This document shows, in pieces, positions 27,884 through 37,063 of a DNA stretch of 53,924 nucleotides. A model generated the notes under the pieces. The model made no database searches. It had not been told where the DNA came from and saw only the letters and a list, made by a program, of their open reading frames with translations. Made by a program: the position numbers and the translations under genes. This DNA is from an uncultured SAR324 cluster bacterium (GTDB lineage Bacteria; SAR324; NAC60-12), in NCBI GenBank assembly GCA_902590435.1, contig CACIWU010000004.1, positions 1-53,924 on the forward strand. The letters run 5' to 3'. The first letter of the stretch is position 1. Each line of letters starts with the position of its first letter.

Positions 27884-29257
27884 TTAATTTATGTCCATTG
27901 CACAGCGAAAACCTATTTGAAAAGAACGTGTCCATTCTACATACGCATATCGTTTAGATACTCTAACTCCTTTAGGAGATCCAGCATTGTTCAAACCACC
28001 CCAAGCTCCTCCCCTTACTACTCTAAGTGGATATTTTTCATCTAGAGGAAATGAAGGACCGATAGGATTATTTTGCTGTCTAAGCGAAGAAGAATAATCT
28101 TGGTTATAGTAATTTTGTACCCACTCCATCACATTGCCATGTAGGTCAAATAAACCCCATTGGTTTGCTTTTTTTCTCCCAACATTTTTTGCACCCCACA
28201 AACCAATTTCAACAGTATTTGTTTCAACCCATGCGAAATCTTCAAGTAATTTAAGATCTTCTCCAAAACCATATTCTCCTTCACTTCCAGCACGAGCAGC
28301 ATATTCCCATTCAGCTTCTGTGGGCAATCTTTTATTTTGATATTTACAAAATTTATCAGCATTTATCCAGTCAACATACACAGCCGGTTTTTCAGAATCC
28401 ATTGTATCAAAGCCACCAGTAGCTCGTTCACAATCCATACACTTATTGTAATAAAAATTTGTGACTTCATATTTATCAAGATAAAAACTCTTTATAAAAA
28501 CCAAATGATCTGGCAATTCATCTTCTCCACCATAATCGCTGCCCATTATAAATTCCCCCTCAGGTATTTTGACCATACCTTTAGGTATTTTTAAAAATTC
28601 ATCTTTTTGAGAAAGATTTTCTACAGAAGAATATTCTGAAAGAGATTCGATAGATTCATCCTCTTCCAAATTATTTTTAAAAGAACCTAAACTATTTTTT
28701 TCTTGCATAATTGGATCTTCTTCTTTACTACTTTTTACAATCGTATCCCAAATTATGTCTCCGCTATTTATATCGAAAAGCTTTAAACTAACACTAATAT
28801 GTTCAATTTTTTCTTGATAAGTTCCGGTAACTAGCCAATCAGCACCTGTAATTTTTATAATATTTTCAGTCAATTTTTCTGGTATTATTTCAGGGTATCT
28901 GTTTATCCATTCCAAGCGTAGAGAAACTATCTCAAAATATGGCACCACTTGTTCGGGAATCATTTCGAACAACAAATCTGAAAATTGTTCCTCCAATAAG
29001 TCTCCTTTTGTTTCCCGAAATTGTGTTTCAGTATTCAAAATATCAACAACAGCAATTAAAATTTTTTCATCCTCTGCAAGTACATGATTTGCAATATTTC
29101 TTGCCGCTAATTTTAGACTCGTATTAAAATAATTTGATTCTGCCATATAAAAAGTAGAGGCATAAATTCCTTTTGAAAGATCAAAAAAAAATATGCTTTT
29201 AAAAATAAAAAATATTATTATAAAAATACATATCAAGAATGGTCTAATTATATTCAT
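27884..29257 (-). CDS. FGE-sulfatase (SUMF1/EgtB/PvdO) domain protein with an N-terminal FlgO/TolB-N-like domain
   Basis: FIMGS, KYEVTN, RLPTEAEWEYAAR, NQWGLFDLHGNVMEW, RGGAW and GFRC, with an N-terminal TM/signal segment. Confidence 0.85.
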   Translation of the reverse strand: MNIIRPFLICIFIIIFFIFKSIFFFDLSKGIYASTFYMAESNYFNTSLKLAARNIANHVLAEDEKILIAVVDILNTETQFRETKGDLLEEQFSDLLFEMIPEQVVPYFEIVSLRLEWINRYPEIIPEKLTENIIKITGADWLVTGTYQEKIEHISVSLKLFDINSGDIIWDTIVKSSKEEDPIMQEKNSLGSFKNNLEEDESIESLSEYSSVENLSQKDEFLKIPKGMVKIPEGEFIMGSDYGGEDELPDHLVFIKSFYLDKYEVTNFYYNKCMDCERATGGFDTMDSEKPAVYVDWINADKFCKYQNKRLPTEAEWEYAARAGSEGEYGFGEDLKLLEDFAWVETNTVEIGLWGAKNVGRKKANQWGLFDLHGNVMEWVQNYYNQDYSSSLRQQNNPIGPSFPLDEKYPLRVVRGGAWGGLNNAGSPKGVRVSKRYAYVEWTRSFQIGFRCAMDIN

Positions 29258-29332
29258 AATTTTAGTAAAATTTTTGAACTTTAAATAAAAATATTTCCCA
29301 ATTACACAAATTTATTACAATTTTCTGTCGTT

Positions 29333-30769
29333 TCATATTTCTATAGCTCGTTTCACTAACCGTAGACATTTCTCCTTACCAAACAAATCTACAATCAAAT
29401 TTAAATCTGGTCCTTTTACTTCGAGTGTAATCGCGTATCGAAGTGGTAACCAAAGATCTGTACCGTTTAAACTAGTTTTGTTTTGAACATTTTTTACAAC
29501 AATTCCTAAATTTTCTTTGTTCAAATTTTCAAGAGATAGAACCTGTTTATAAAATTCATCTAGAACTATTTTTGATGATTTTTGTTTTAAAAGACACAAA
29601 ACCTTAGAATTTGTTGTCTTTGGATTATCGTCAACAAAATATGGCAATCTTTCAAAAAAATTATTAAGCGTGATTAAGCGTGACTGTTGAATTTGGACTA
29701 CCTTCTTAAGAAAATCAGGATTTAATTTTTTAAATGATTTACTTTTTGAAAAAGAACTTAACCTTTTAATTAAATCTTTTTGATCCAAATTTTGAATATA
29801 TTTGTGATTCATCCAATTTAGTTTTTCTCTATCAAAAATAGCTCCTGATTTATTAATTTTTTTAAAACTAAATTCTTTAACTAGTTCTTTCAGACTATAA
29901 ATTTCCCTTTTTTCTATTGGAGACCATCCAAGCAAAGTAATAAAGTTTATTAGTGCTTCTGGGATATATCCTTGATCTCTAAAATCTTCCACAGCCACAT
30001 CCATTTGCCTTTTACTAAGTTTTGAGCGGTCTGGGTTTAGAATTAAAGGCAAATGAGCAAATTTCGGACTATCCCATCCAAAATAACGATAAAGTAGTAA
30101 ATGTTTAGGAAAAGAAGGAAGCCACTCTTCACCACGTACGACATGAGTTATCTTCATCAAATAGTCATCTACAACTACTGCTAGATGATAAGTCGGGAAA
30201 CCATCACTTTTCAAAATAACTTGATCTTCTGTATTACTTGTATCAATAGAAATCCTACCTCGAATTATATCATCAAGAATCAAAACCTCTGATTTTTCAG
30301 GAATTTTCATTCTGATAACATACATTTCACCTGATTCAACTTTTTTTTTGCTTTGCTCATTGCTAAGCTTTCTACAAAATTTATCATAACGTGGAGTTTC
30401 TCCTTTTAATCTTTGTTCATTTCTTAAACTATCAAGTCTTTCTAGAGAACAAAAGCATCTATAGGCTAGATTTTTGTTAATCAATTCTTGGACGTAATGA
30501 TTATAAATGTGCAATCGCTCTGACTGACGATAAGGACCAAATTCTCCACCATCTAAAGGGCCTTCATCTATGCTAATTCCACTCCATTTCAACATTCTAA
30601 TTAAAGCGTTTTCTGAACCTTTTACCAACCGATTTTGATCCGTATCCTCTAAACGTAGTATAAACTTACCATTTTTTTGTTTTGCATACAGCCAGGAAAA
30701 AAGTGCAGTACGTAAACCTCCTACGTGTAAGTATCCTGTCGGACTGGGAGCAAAACGAAGACGAACCAT
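29333..30769 (-). CDS. gltX: Glutamate--tRNA ligase
   Basis: RFAPSPTGYLHVGG (HIGH-like), KLSKR (KMSKS-like) and PTYHLAVVVDD. Confidence 0.97.
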   Translation of the reverse strand: MVRLRFAPSPTGYLHVGGLRTALFSWLYAKQKNGKFILRLEDTDQNRLVKGSENALIRMLKWSGISIDEGPLDGGEFGPYRQSERLHIYNHYVQELINKNLAYRCFCSLERLDSLRNEQRLKGETPRYDKFCRKLSNEQSKKKVESGEMYVIRMKIPEKSEVLILDDIIRGRISIDTSNTEDQVILKSDGFPTYHLAVVVDDYLMKITHVVRGEEWLPSFPKHLLLYRYFGWDSPKFAHLPLILNPDRSKLSKRQMDVAVEDFRDQGYIPEALINFITLLGWSPIEKREIYSLKELVKEFSFKKINKSGAIFDREKLNWMNHKYIQNLDQKDLIKRLSSFSKSKSFKKLNPDFLKKVVQIQQSRLITLNNFFERLPYFVDDNPKTTNSKVLCLLKQKSSKIVLDEFYKQVLSLENLNKENLGIVVKNVQNKTSLNGTDLWLPLRYAITLEVKGPDLNLIVDLFGKEKCLRLVKRAIEI

Positions 30770-30823
30770 AAAATTAATTAGTTTTTGGTATTAAAAAGTA
30801 GGGAAATAGAAATTTTGACCTGG

Positions 30824-31927
30824 TTAATTCTTTTCAAATCGGCGCATACGTATGTTTAGTAAAAGACCAACTCCAAACATCATTGAAAGCATTGAAGATC
30901 CTCCATAACTAAAAAATGGAAGAGGAACTCCGACTACAGGCATCAAACCTGTGGTCATACCGATATTTATCAAAACATGCGAAATAATTATTGCCACTAT
31001 GCCTGTTATTAAAATAGCACTGATACGATTTTTAGATTTTAATACTTCAGCAAGTGACCACAATGTCAAAGTTAAAAAAAGTAGCAGTACCATCATCGCG
31101 CCTATAAATCCCCACTCTTCAGAAAAAACAGAAAATATAAAGTCTGTATGGTGTGCTGGTAAAAAATTAAGTTGCCCCTGCGTACCTTCTCCATATCCTT
31201 TACCAAAAACACGTCCACTACCTATAGCAATTTTTGATTGAATTATATGATAACCAGAACCCAGAGGATCGCGTTCTGGATTTAGAAAAGTTAATATTCT
31301 TCCCTTTTGATATGATTTTAAAACGTAGATCCATACTATAGGAAGAGAAGCTATAGAAAGTATAGCTAAGAAAAAAATTGTTTTTAAACGAATCCCCATT
31401 AAAAAAATAATAGGTATGAATACTATAACTAACAATAATGCTGTTCCCAGGTCTGGTTGCTTTATAATCAAGACTACAGGGACAGCCATCAAAGCCAGTG
31501 GCCATATCATCCAAACCCAATTCCCTTTTGGTTGTTCGAAATCTCTAAAATGGTGGGAAAGAGCAAGTACTAGTGTGAATTTGCTAAATTCTGATGGTTG
31601 AAAAAAAAATGGGCCCACTTTCAACCACCTTTGTACCGGCGCACCTGGTCCCCCAGTGCCATAAAAAAGTACTAAAACTAATAAAACAATAACTACCAAA
31701 TGCATCAAAAATCCAACCCTAGCCCAGTGACGATAGTGAATTAATTGGGTTAAAATAATTACTACAATTCCTCCAAGAATTCTATAAATTTGCTGTATTA
31801 GATAATCTTCCTGTCCAGGACTCCCAACTATAGCTGAAGAAAGAGCTATTAAACCAACACCTGAGATCAACAATACTAAAACACAAAGTGTCCAATCGAT
31901 ATTGGAAAACATACGTTGATCAATCAT
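30824..31927 (-). CDS. rodA: Rod shape-determining peptidoglycan glycosyltransferase RodA
   Basis: QRWL, QPSEF, KQPDLGT, GYHIIQSKIAIGSG, HTDFIF and PFFSYGGSS. Confidence 0.95.
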   Translation of the reverse strand: MIDQRMFSNIDWTLCVLVLLISGVGLIALSSAIVGSPGQEDYLIQQIYRILGGIVVIILTQLIHYRHWARVGFLMHLVVIVLLVLVLFYGTGGPGAPVQRWLKVGPFFFQPSEFSKFTLVLALSHHFRDFEQPKGNWVWMIWPLALMAVPVVLIIKQPDLGTALLLVIVFIPIIFLMGIRLKTIFFLAILSIASLPIVWIYVLKSYQKGRILTFLNPERDPLGSGYHIIQSKIAIGSGRVFGKGYGEGTQGQLNFLPAHHTDFIFSVFSEEWGFIGAMMVLLLFLTLTLWSLAEVLKSKNRISAILITGIVAIIISHVLINIGMTTGLMPVVGVPLPFFSYGGSSMLSMMFGVGLLLNIRMRRFEKN

Positions 31928-32150
31928 GGATCTAAACTTTTTCTAAATTGTTTTCTTTTTTTAAGAAAGGAATTCAATAATAATTTCAAACATAACAACT
32001 ATTTTGTCTTCAAATGTTAATACTTGGCCACAAAATCCTTAACATTAATGAATCAAGCATTGATTTTACTTTTAGAGCAAGATAGTCTAATGTTCGTATA
32101 TAATTGTAGCAGTATAATTTAATTTGCACAATCTCACAAAGAATATTGAA

Positions 32151-32543
32151 ATGTTTGGAATAGGAATTCCAGAAATGATAGTAATAGCGGCAGTAGCGCT
32201 CGTATTTATAGGCCCTGACAAACTACCAGGAGTTCTAAGATCAATAGGAAAAGGACTTGTAGAACTTAAACGCTCTACTAGTGATGTCCGTTCAACAGTA
32301 CAAAATGAAATGCAAAAAATTGAAGAGGAAATTGAACTTAACGAAGTAAGAAAATCAGCTGAAGATTTTAAGAATGATTTAGGTGGAATAGCTAATAAAG
32401 TCGAACCATTATCATTATCTAAAATGAGCGCAGACAATCCGCTAGAAAAAATGGCTGATGTAATTGAAGACTCAAATAAGGAAGAAAACATTGATAACGA
32501 GAAAATAGAATCAAAAAAAACAAAGACTAAAAAAATTGGCTAA
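32151..32543 (+). CDS. tatB: Twin-arginine translocase subunit TatB
   Basis: MFGIGIPEMIVIAAVALVFIGPDKLP followed by an amphipathic helix and a long charged tail. Confidence 0.85.
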   Translation: MFGIGIPEMIVIAAVALVFIGPDKLPGVLRSIGKGLVELKRSTSDVRSTVQNEMQKIEEEIELNEVRKSAEDFKNDLGGIANKVEPLSLSKMSADNPLEKMADVIEDSNKEENIDNEKIESKKTKTKKIG

Positions 32544-32677
32544 CCAAATATCCTATTTATAAAATAAAATATTTTTTTGAAAAACTTGAAAAATTAATTA
32601 TTATAAAAAAATAACTAATATTAAAATACAAAAAGCTTGGACATAGATCGCTTTTATGCTAATATTATTAACTAATA

Positions 32678-32702
32678 TTTTGTTAAGATTACCTTAACAA
32701 AA
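32678..32702. promoter_or_regulatory. Perfect palindrome upstream of the 84-aa gene, candidate TF operator
   Basis: TTTTGTTAAG-ATTAC-CTTAACAAAA, 10-bp arms. Confidence 0.35.
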
Positions 32703-32780
32703 AATAATTGTGCAGGATTCTCTTAAATAATTTTATTTAATAATTTACAAGTCTAAAACTTCAAAATAAAAGGTAATAAT

Positions 32781-33035
32781 ATGACTAGCCAAGTTAATTT
32801 GGAGAAGGAATACAGAGAGAATGAGATAGAAGATCAGGATAAACGAAAGGTAAGTATAAAAGATGGGGAAGAATTAGACAAAAATATTAAAAACCGAATG
32901 AATGCGGGAGAAATTGGTGTATCGCATGGAATTGATAATCATATTGGTATAATTATGTTTGTCACATCAACACTAGTTACTTTGCTCGCTCTTTATTTCA
33001 TTTTCGGAGTAGTTCCTGATCGTTATTATAGTTGA
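32781..33035 (+). CDS. Small C-terminally anchored membrane protein
   Basis: AAGG RBS, charged N-terminus and a single C-terminal TM segment. Confidence 0.65.
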   Translation: MTSQVNLEKEYRENEIEDQDKRKVSIKDGEELDKNIKNRMNAGEIGVSHGIDNHIGIIMFVTSTLVTLLALYFIFGVVPDRYYS

Positions 33036-33084
33036 TTTTTTGCATAAATAAAAATTATTTTTTCCCAAGATTTTTTTTGTTTCC

Positions 33085-33840
33085 CTAATATTTTTTCATT
33101 TTAAGGATTTTTTCTACAAGTTCTATATCTTTCGGTACATCAACACTCATACTATCGTATTCAGCCTCAACACAAAGAATAGTCTCTCCGTTTTCTAGGA
33201 TTCTAAGCTGTTCTAGTTTTTCTATTTTCTCTAGCAAAGTTTGGGGCCATTTATAAAACTTCATTAAAAAATCATTTTTGAAAAGATAAACCCCCAAGTG
33301 ACGCCAACTGAAAATAGTTTTCTTATTGATAGTATTAGGAAATGGAATCAAGGATCTAGAAAAATAAAGTGCCTGCATTTTTTTATTTAATGTAACTTTA
33401 ACCACATTTGGGTCTTTTAGTAAAACTTCATCATATGTTTTATGAACCATTGTTGATACTTTAGTTCCATTTGTTTTTTGTGTTTTTTTTATTAACCTTT
33501 CTAAATCGGAAGATGATATCAACGGTTCATCTCCCTGAATATTTAGTACCCAATCATACGAAACCCCAGCAAGTGCTTCAACAATTCTATCTGTTCCAGT
33601 TTTATGATTAGGATCAGTTAAAACTACTTTACCTCCAAACTTGATAACAGAATCGAAAATTCTCTGATCGTCTGTTGCTACAATAACCTCATCTATTACT
33701 TTAGTATTTGTAACATTTTCCCAGACACGTTGAATCATTGATTTCCCGTCAATTTCAGCCAAAGGTTTTCCTGGGAATCTTGAAGAAGAGTATCTTGCAG
33801 GGATAATAGCTATTGTTTTTTGAGGAGATTTTATTCTCAA
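33085..33840 (-). CDS. kdsB: 3-deoxy-manno-octulosonate cytidylyltransferase
   Basis: IPARYSSSRFPGKPL, VATDD, GTDRI, NIQGDEP, ALYFSRS and LEQLRILE. Confidence 0.96.
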   Translation of the reverse strand: MRIKSPQKTIAIIPARYSSSRFPGKPLAEIDGKSMIQRVWENVTNTKVIDEVIVATDDQRIFDSVIKFGGKVVLTDPNHKTGTDRIVEALAGVSYDWVLNIQGDEPLISSSDLERLIKKTQKTNGTKVSTMVHKTYDEVLLKDPNVVKVTLNKKMQALYFSRSLIPFPNTINKKTIFSWRHLGVYLFKNDFLMKFYKWPQTLLEKIEKLEQLRILENGETILCVEAEYDSMSVDVPKDIELVEKILKMKKY

Positions 33841-33869
33841 AATATTTTTTTGTTAAATCATGAAAAGAA

Positions 33870-34514
33870 TTATTTTTTTGTGATTTTAATTACTCTCTCC
33901 AACATTCTATCCAATCCTTTTTTTCGAAAACGTTCATCAATAATATCGATCGTTTCCAAAAGTTGTATATTGCCGTGCTTGCTAAAAATATTTTTTACTT
34001 CAGAAAAAGGGACACTATAAGGAGGTCCATACATCTGATTCTGGTCATACTCTAAAATAATTAATAAAATTATTCCATCTTCAGTAAGTAAATCTATGAG
34101 ATGATCCGCAAATTTTCTTCTTTGTTCTGCTTCTATTGCAACAATTGAAGCACGGTCATAAATTGCATTAAATTGTCCTATTTTATGATTTTTTAAATCA
34201 AAAAAATCCCCATGATAAATTTCAATAGAGTCACTCTTAAAAAGTTCAAGTTGATCAACATTTTGTATATTGTATTTTAAATTATTTTCTATAAAAAATT
34301 CTTCAATCGGTTGTCTAACATAGTCGATTCCAACCACTTTTTTTATTCTTCTTGATAACCATAATAGGTCTAATGATTTTCCACAGAGAGGAACAAATAT
34401 TTTTTTTACTTTCTGTTTTAATAAATGTTCAGAATGACGTATCAAATATGAATTTACTTCTGAAAGATGGAATCCAATACGCCCTTCTTGCCATCGTAAT
34501 TCCCATTGATCCAT
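33870..34514 (-). CDS. tpm: Thiopurine/selenium S-methyltransferase
   Basis: W..RWQEGRIGFH, FVPLCGKSLD, GDFF, YDRAS and GPPYSV. Confidence 0.9.
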   Translation of the reverse strand: MDQWELRWQEGRIGFHLSEVNSYLIRHSEHLLKQKVKKIFVPLCGKSLDLLWLSRRIKKVVGIDYVRQPIEEFFIENNLKYNIQNVDQLELFKSDSIEIYHGDFFDLKNHKIGQFNAIYDRASIVAIEAEQRRKFADHLIDLLTEDGIILLIILEYDQNQMYGPPYSVPFSEVKNIFSKHGNIQLLETIDIIDERFRKKGLDRMLERVIKITKK

Positions 34515-34538
34515 AACTAAAGTATTTTTAAAAGAATT

Positions 34539-35243
34539 CTATATTCCTAACTTCCCACGATCAATTTGATTTGACTTTGTAGTTAAGTGGTTATATCTCC
34601 ATTGATGCCAAGGAATAATAAACCCTCTAGCAAATTCATTAACTATTTCATTGCTTGCTTTCAAAGCTAAATTTTTGTAATATTCTGTATTTTTTTTGCC
34701 TTCAGAAATTTCATGCTTTTTTCTAGCCCAAAAAATTAAATCTCCACTTCGTGATTCTATAAGTTTTAATCGAACTAACCATTGATGATTTGAAGAACAA
34801 TCTATTGTACAAGGATATGATAATACTTCGAAAAATAAAAAATATTGTATCCCAAATTTTTTTTCAAGTTTCAAAGCTATTTCTTTATCCGAAATACCCG
34901 TCAATGAGAGTGTATTTATGTATGTCTTGAATTTTGATTTTAGTTTAGGATTCATGTTAAATTTTTGTTCTTGCTCATTATAACCAACAACTTTACCTAG
35001 AAAGGGCAAATTTTTTAGCTTTTTTTCCAAACTATTAATTATTTCTTTCCAAACACTCTTTAATTTACTAGGAGGATTTACTGAAATAAAAGCTACAGGT
35101 TTGAATACATGCATAGACAACTCTGGCTCAGCATTTGTATCAATTGTTTTACATGCAATCAATGAAAATATAATTCCGGAGATAAATGCTATAAAAAATC
35201 TTTTTCTTAAAAAAGACTTCCTTTTAAAATATTTTTTTTTCAT
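34539..35243 (-). CDS. Hypothetical lipoprotein
   Basis: Basic N-terminus, hydrophobic stretch and lipobox LIAC. Confidence 0.7.
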   Translation of the reverse strand: MKKKYFKRKSFLRKRFFIAFISGIIFSLIACKTIDTNAEPELSMHVFKPVAFISVNPPSKLKSVWKEIINSLEKKLKNLPFLGKVVGYNEQEQKFNMNPKLKSKFKTYINTLSLTGISDKEIALKLEKKFGIQYFLFFEVLSYPCTIDCSSNHQWLVRLKLIESRSGDLIFWARKKHEISEGKKNTEYYKNLALKASNEIVNEFARGFIIPWHQWRYNHLTTKSNQIDRGKLGI

Positions 35244-35323
35244 AAGTAAAACAAAATGGAATAATTAATTTATTATCAACTAGAGTAAACCCATGCTTAA
35301 AAGATTTCAACTTGTTATTTATT

Positions 35324-35352
35324 TTGAAAAACAATAAAATTAAGGCTATCTT
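35324..35352 (+). promoter_or_regulatory. Candidate sigma70 promoter for prfB
   Basis: TTGAAA-N17-TATCTT, ending 32 nt upstream of the prfB ATG. The AT-rich background lowers specificity. Confidence 0.3.
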
Positions 35353-35384
35353 TTTTTACTATTTATTTAAAAGGATTTGATCCA

Positions 35385-36489
35385 ATGCAATCTGAAGATA
35401 TCAATACTAGGATTGATGATCTAGCTAATAGGTTGGGCGACCTAGAAGGATTTCTTTGAAATCAAATTAAAACAAGAAAACTTAAATAATTTGGAAAAAG
35501 AAACTTCTAGTGACGGTTTCTGGGAATTGCCAATTGAGAAAAGGACCGTATTACTAAAAAAAATCTCACGTCTTGGCGAATCAATAAAATTTTGGAATGA
35601 ATTGAATTCCTTATGTGACAATTTGAAAGCTGCAGCAGAATTGTATCAAGAAGAAGATGATGATGAGTTGCTAGCAGAAATCACGGACTATTTTGCAAAG
35701 ATTGACAATAGTTTGGAGTCCCTTGAAATTACAGGCCTTTTTAATCCTGACATAGATGACAGGAATGCAATAGTTTCAATTCATCCAGGAGCAGGAGGAA
35801 CAGAATCAACTGACTGGGCTTCAATGCTATATGAAATGTATCGAAGATGGATTACAGAGGAAGATTTAAAATTTAAACTCCTTGATTATATCCCAGGAGA
35901 TGAAGCGGGGATTAAATCCGTAACTTTTTCTGTGACTGGGCCTTTTGCTTTTGGTAAACTCAAAGCTGAAATTGGAGTTCATAGATTAGTTAGGATATCT
36001 CCTTTTGATTCACAAAAAAGGCGTCATACTTCTTTCGCATCGGTTTTTGTCTTCGCTGAAATTGATGAGGATGTTGAAGTAGAAATTTTAGCTGATGATA
36101 TCAGAGTAGATACATATCGTGCTAGTGGAGCTGGTGGACAGCATGTAAATACAACTGATTCAGCCGTAAGAATTACACATACTACAACAGGAATTGTAGT
36201 ACAATGTCAAAATGAACGTTCCCAACACAAAAATAAAGCCACTGCAATGAAAATGTTAAAATCTCAACTTTTTGATTTACAGCAAAAAGAATTGAATAAA
36301 GAGAAAGATTTGGAGAACAGTAAGAAACAGGATAATTCCTGGGGAAGTCAGATAAGGAGTTACGTATTACACCCTTATCAAATGGTAAAAGATCATAGAA
36401 CAAACTGGGAAGTTGGAAACACCAGAGCAGTTCTAAACGGAGAAATAAATGAATTTATAAAAGCTGCTCTTTCACAAAAAATATGTTAA
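35385..36489 (+). CDS. prfB: Peptide chain release factor 2, join(35385..35456,35458..36489) via programmed +1 frameshift
   Basis: ORF1 MQSEDINTRIDDLANRLGDLEGFL ends in CTT TGA. The +1 frame continues EIKLKQENL... into the RF2 body, which has the SPF and GGQ motifs. AAGGA RBS upstream of the ATG. Confidence 0.95.
35445..35460 (+). other. RF2 +1 frameshift cassette
   Basis: GAAGGA TTT CTT TGA A: an SD-like element 3 nt before the CTT-TGA slip site. Confidence 0.85.
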
Positions 36490-36523
36490 ATACATAGGTA
36501 ATAATTAAGAATTTAAAAATAAA

Positions 36524-37010
36524 ATGGCTTCATTTGATATAGTTTGCGAAATTAACATTCAGGAATTAAACAACGCAATTGATCAAGCTCGAAAAGAAAT
36601 AAAAAGTCGTTATGATTTTCGAGATTCAAACTGTGAAATCGACTTTGACAAAAAAAAACCTGCTTTAAATGTAACTGCTGATGATGAATATAAAATGCAA
36701 ACTACAATAGACATCTTGCTAACTAAATTGATCAAACGTTCTGTACCAGTAAAGTCTCTAGTATTTGGTAAAACAGAGTCTAGTGGCAGACTCCAAAAAA
36801 AAGAAATAACTATTCAGCAAGGGTTGTCTAAAGAACAATGCAAAATAATACAAATTTTCATAAAATCTTCCAAATTAAAAGTCCAGACACAAACCCAGAA
36901 TGACTCAGTAAGAGTGAGTAGCAAAAAGAAAGATGATTTGCAGATTATAATTAGTTCCTTAAAGAAAAAAAGATTTTGACTTTGACATACAGTTTACAAA
37001 TTATCGTTAA
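36524..37010 (+). CDS. yajQ: YajQ-family nucleotide/c-di-GMP-binding protein, with the C-terminus out of frame
   Basis: MASFDIV, NAIDQA, RYDF, KLKVQ and VRVSSKKKDDLQ. The 0 frame stops at 36979; the conserved DFDIQFTNYR* lies in the +1 frame and ends at 37010. Confidence 0.9.
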
Positions 37011-37063
37011 GAAAAAAATTACTTCTTTAAATCATTTTTTAAAAAAAATATTTTTTAAATTTT

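Noticed and set aside
32087-32491. 134-aa antisense ORF
   Set aside because: It is the antisense shadow of tatB.
32684-32698. CtrA box (TTAA-N7-TTAAC)
   Set aside because: CtrA is alphaproteobacterial and the motif is common in AT-rich DNA; it is kept only as an anonymous palindrome.
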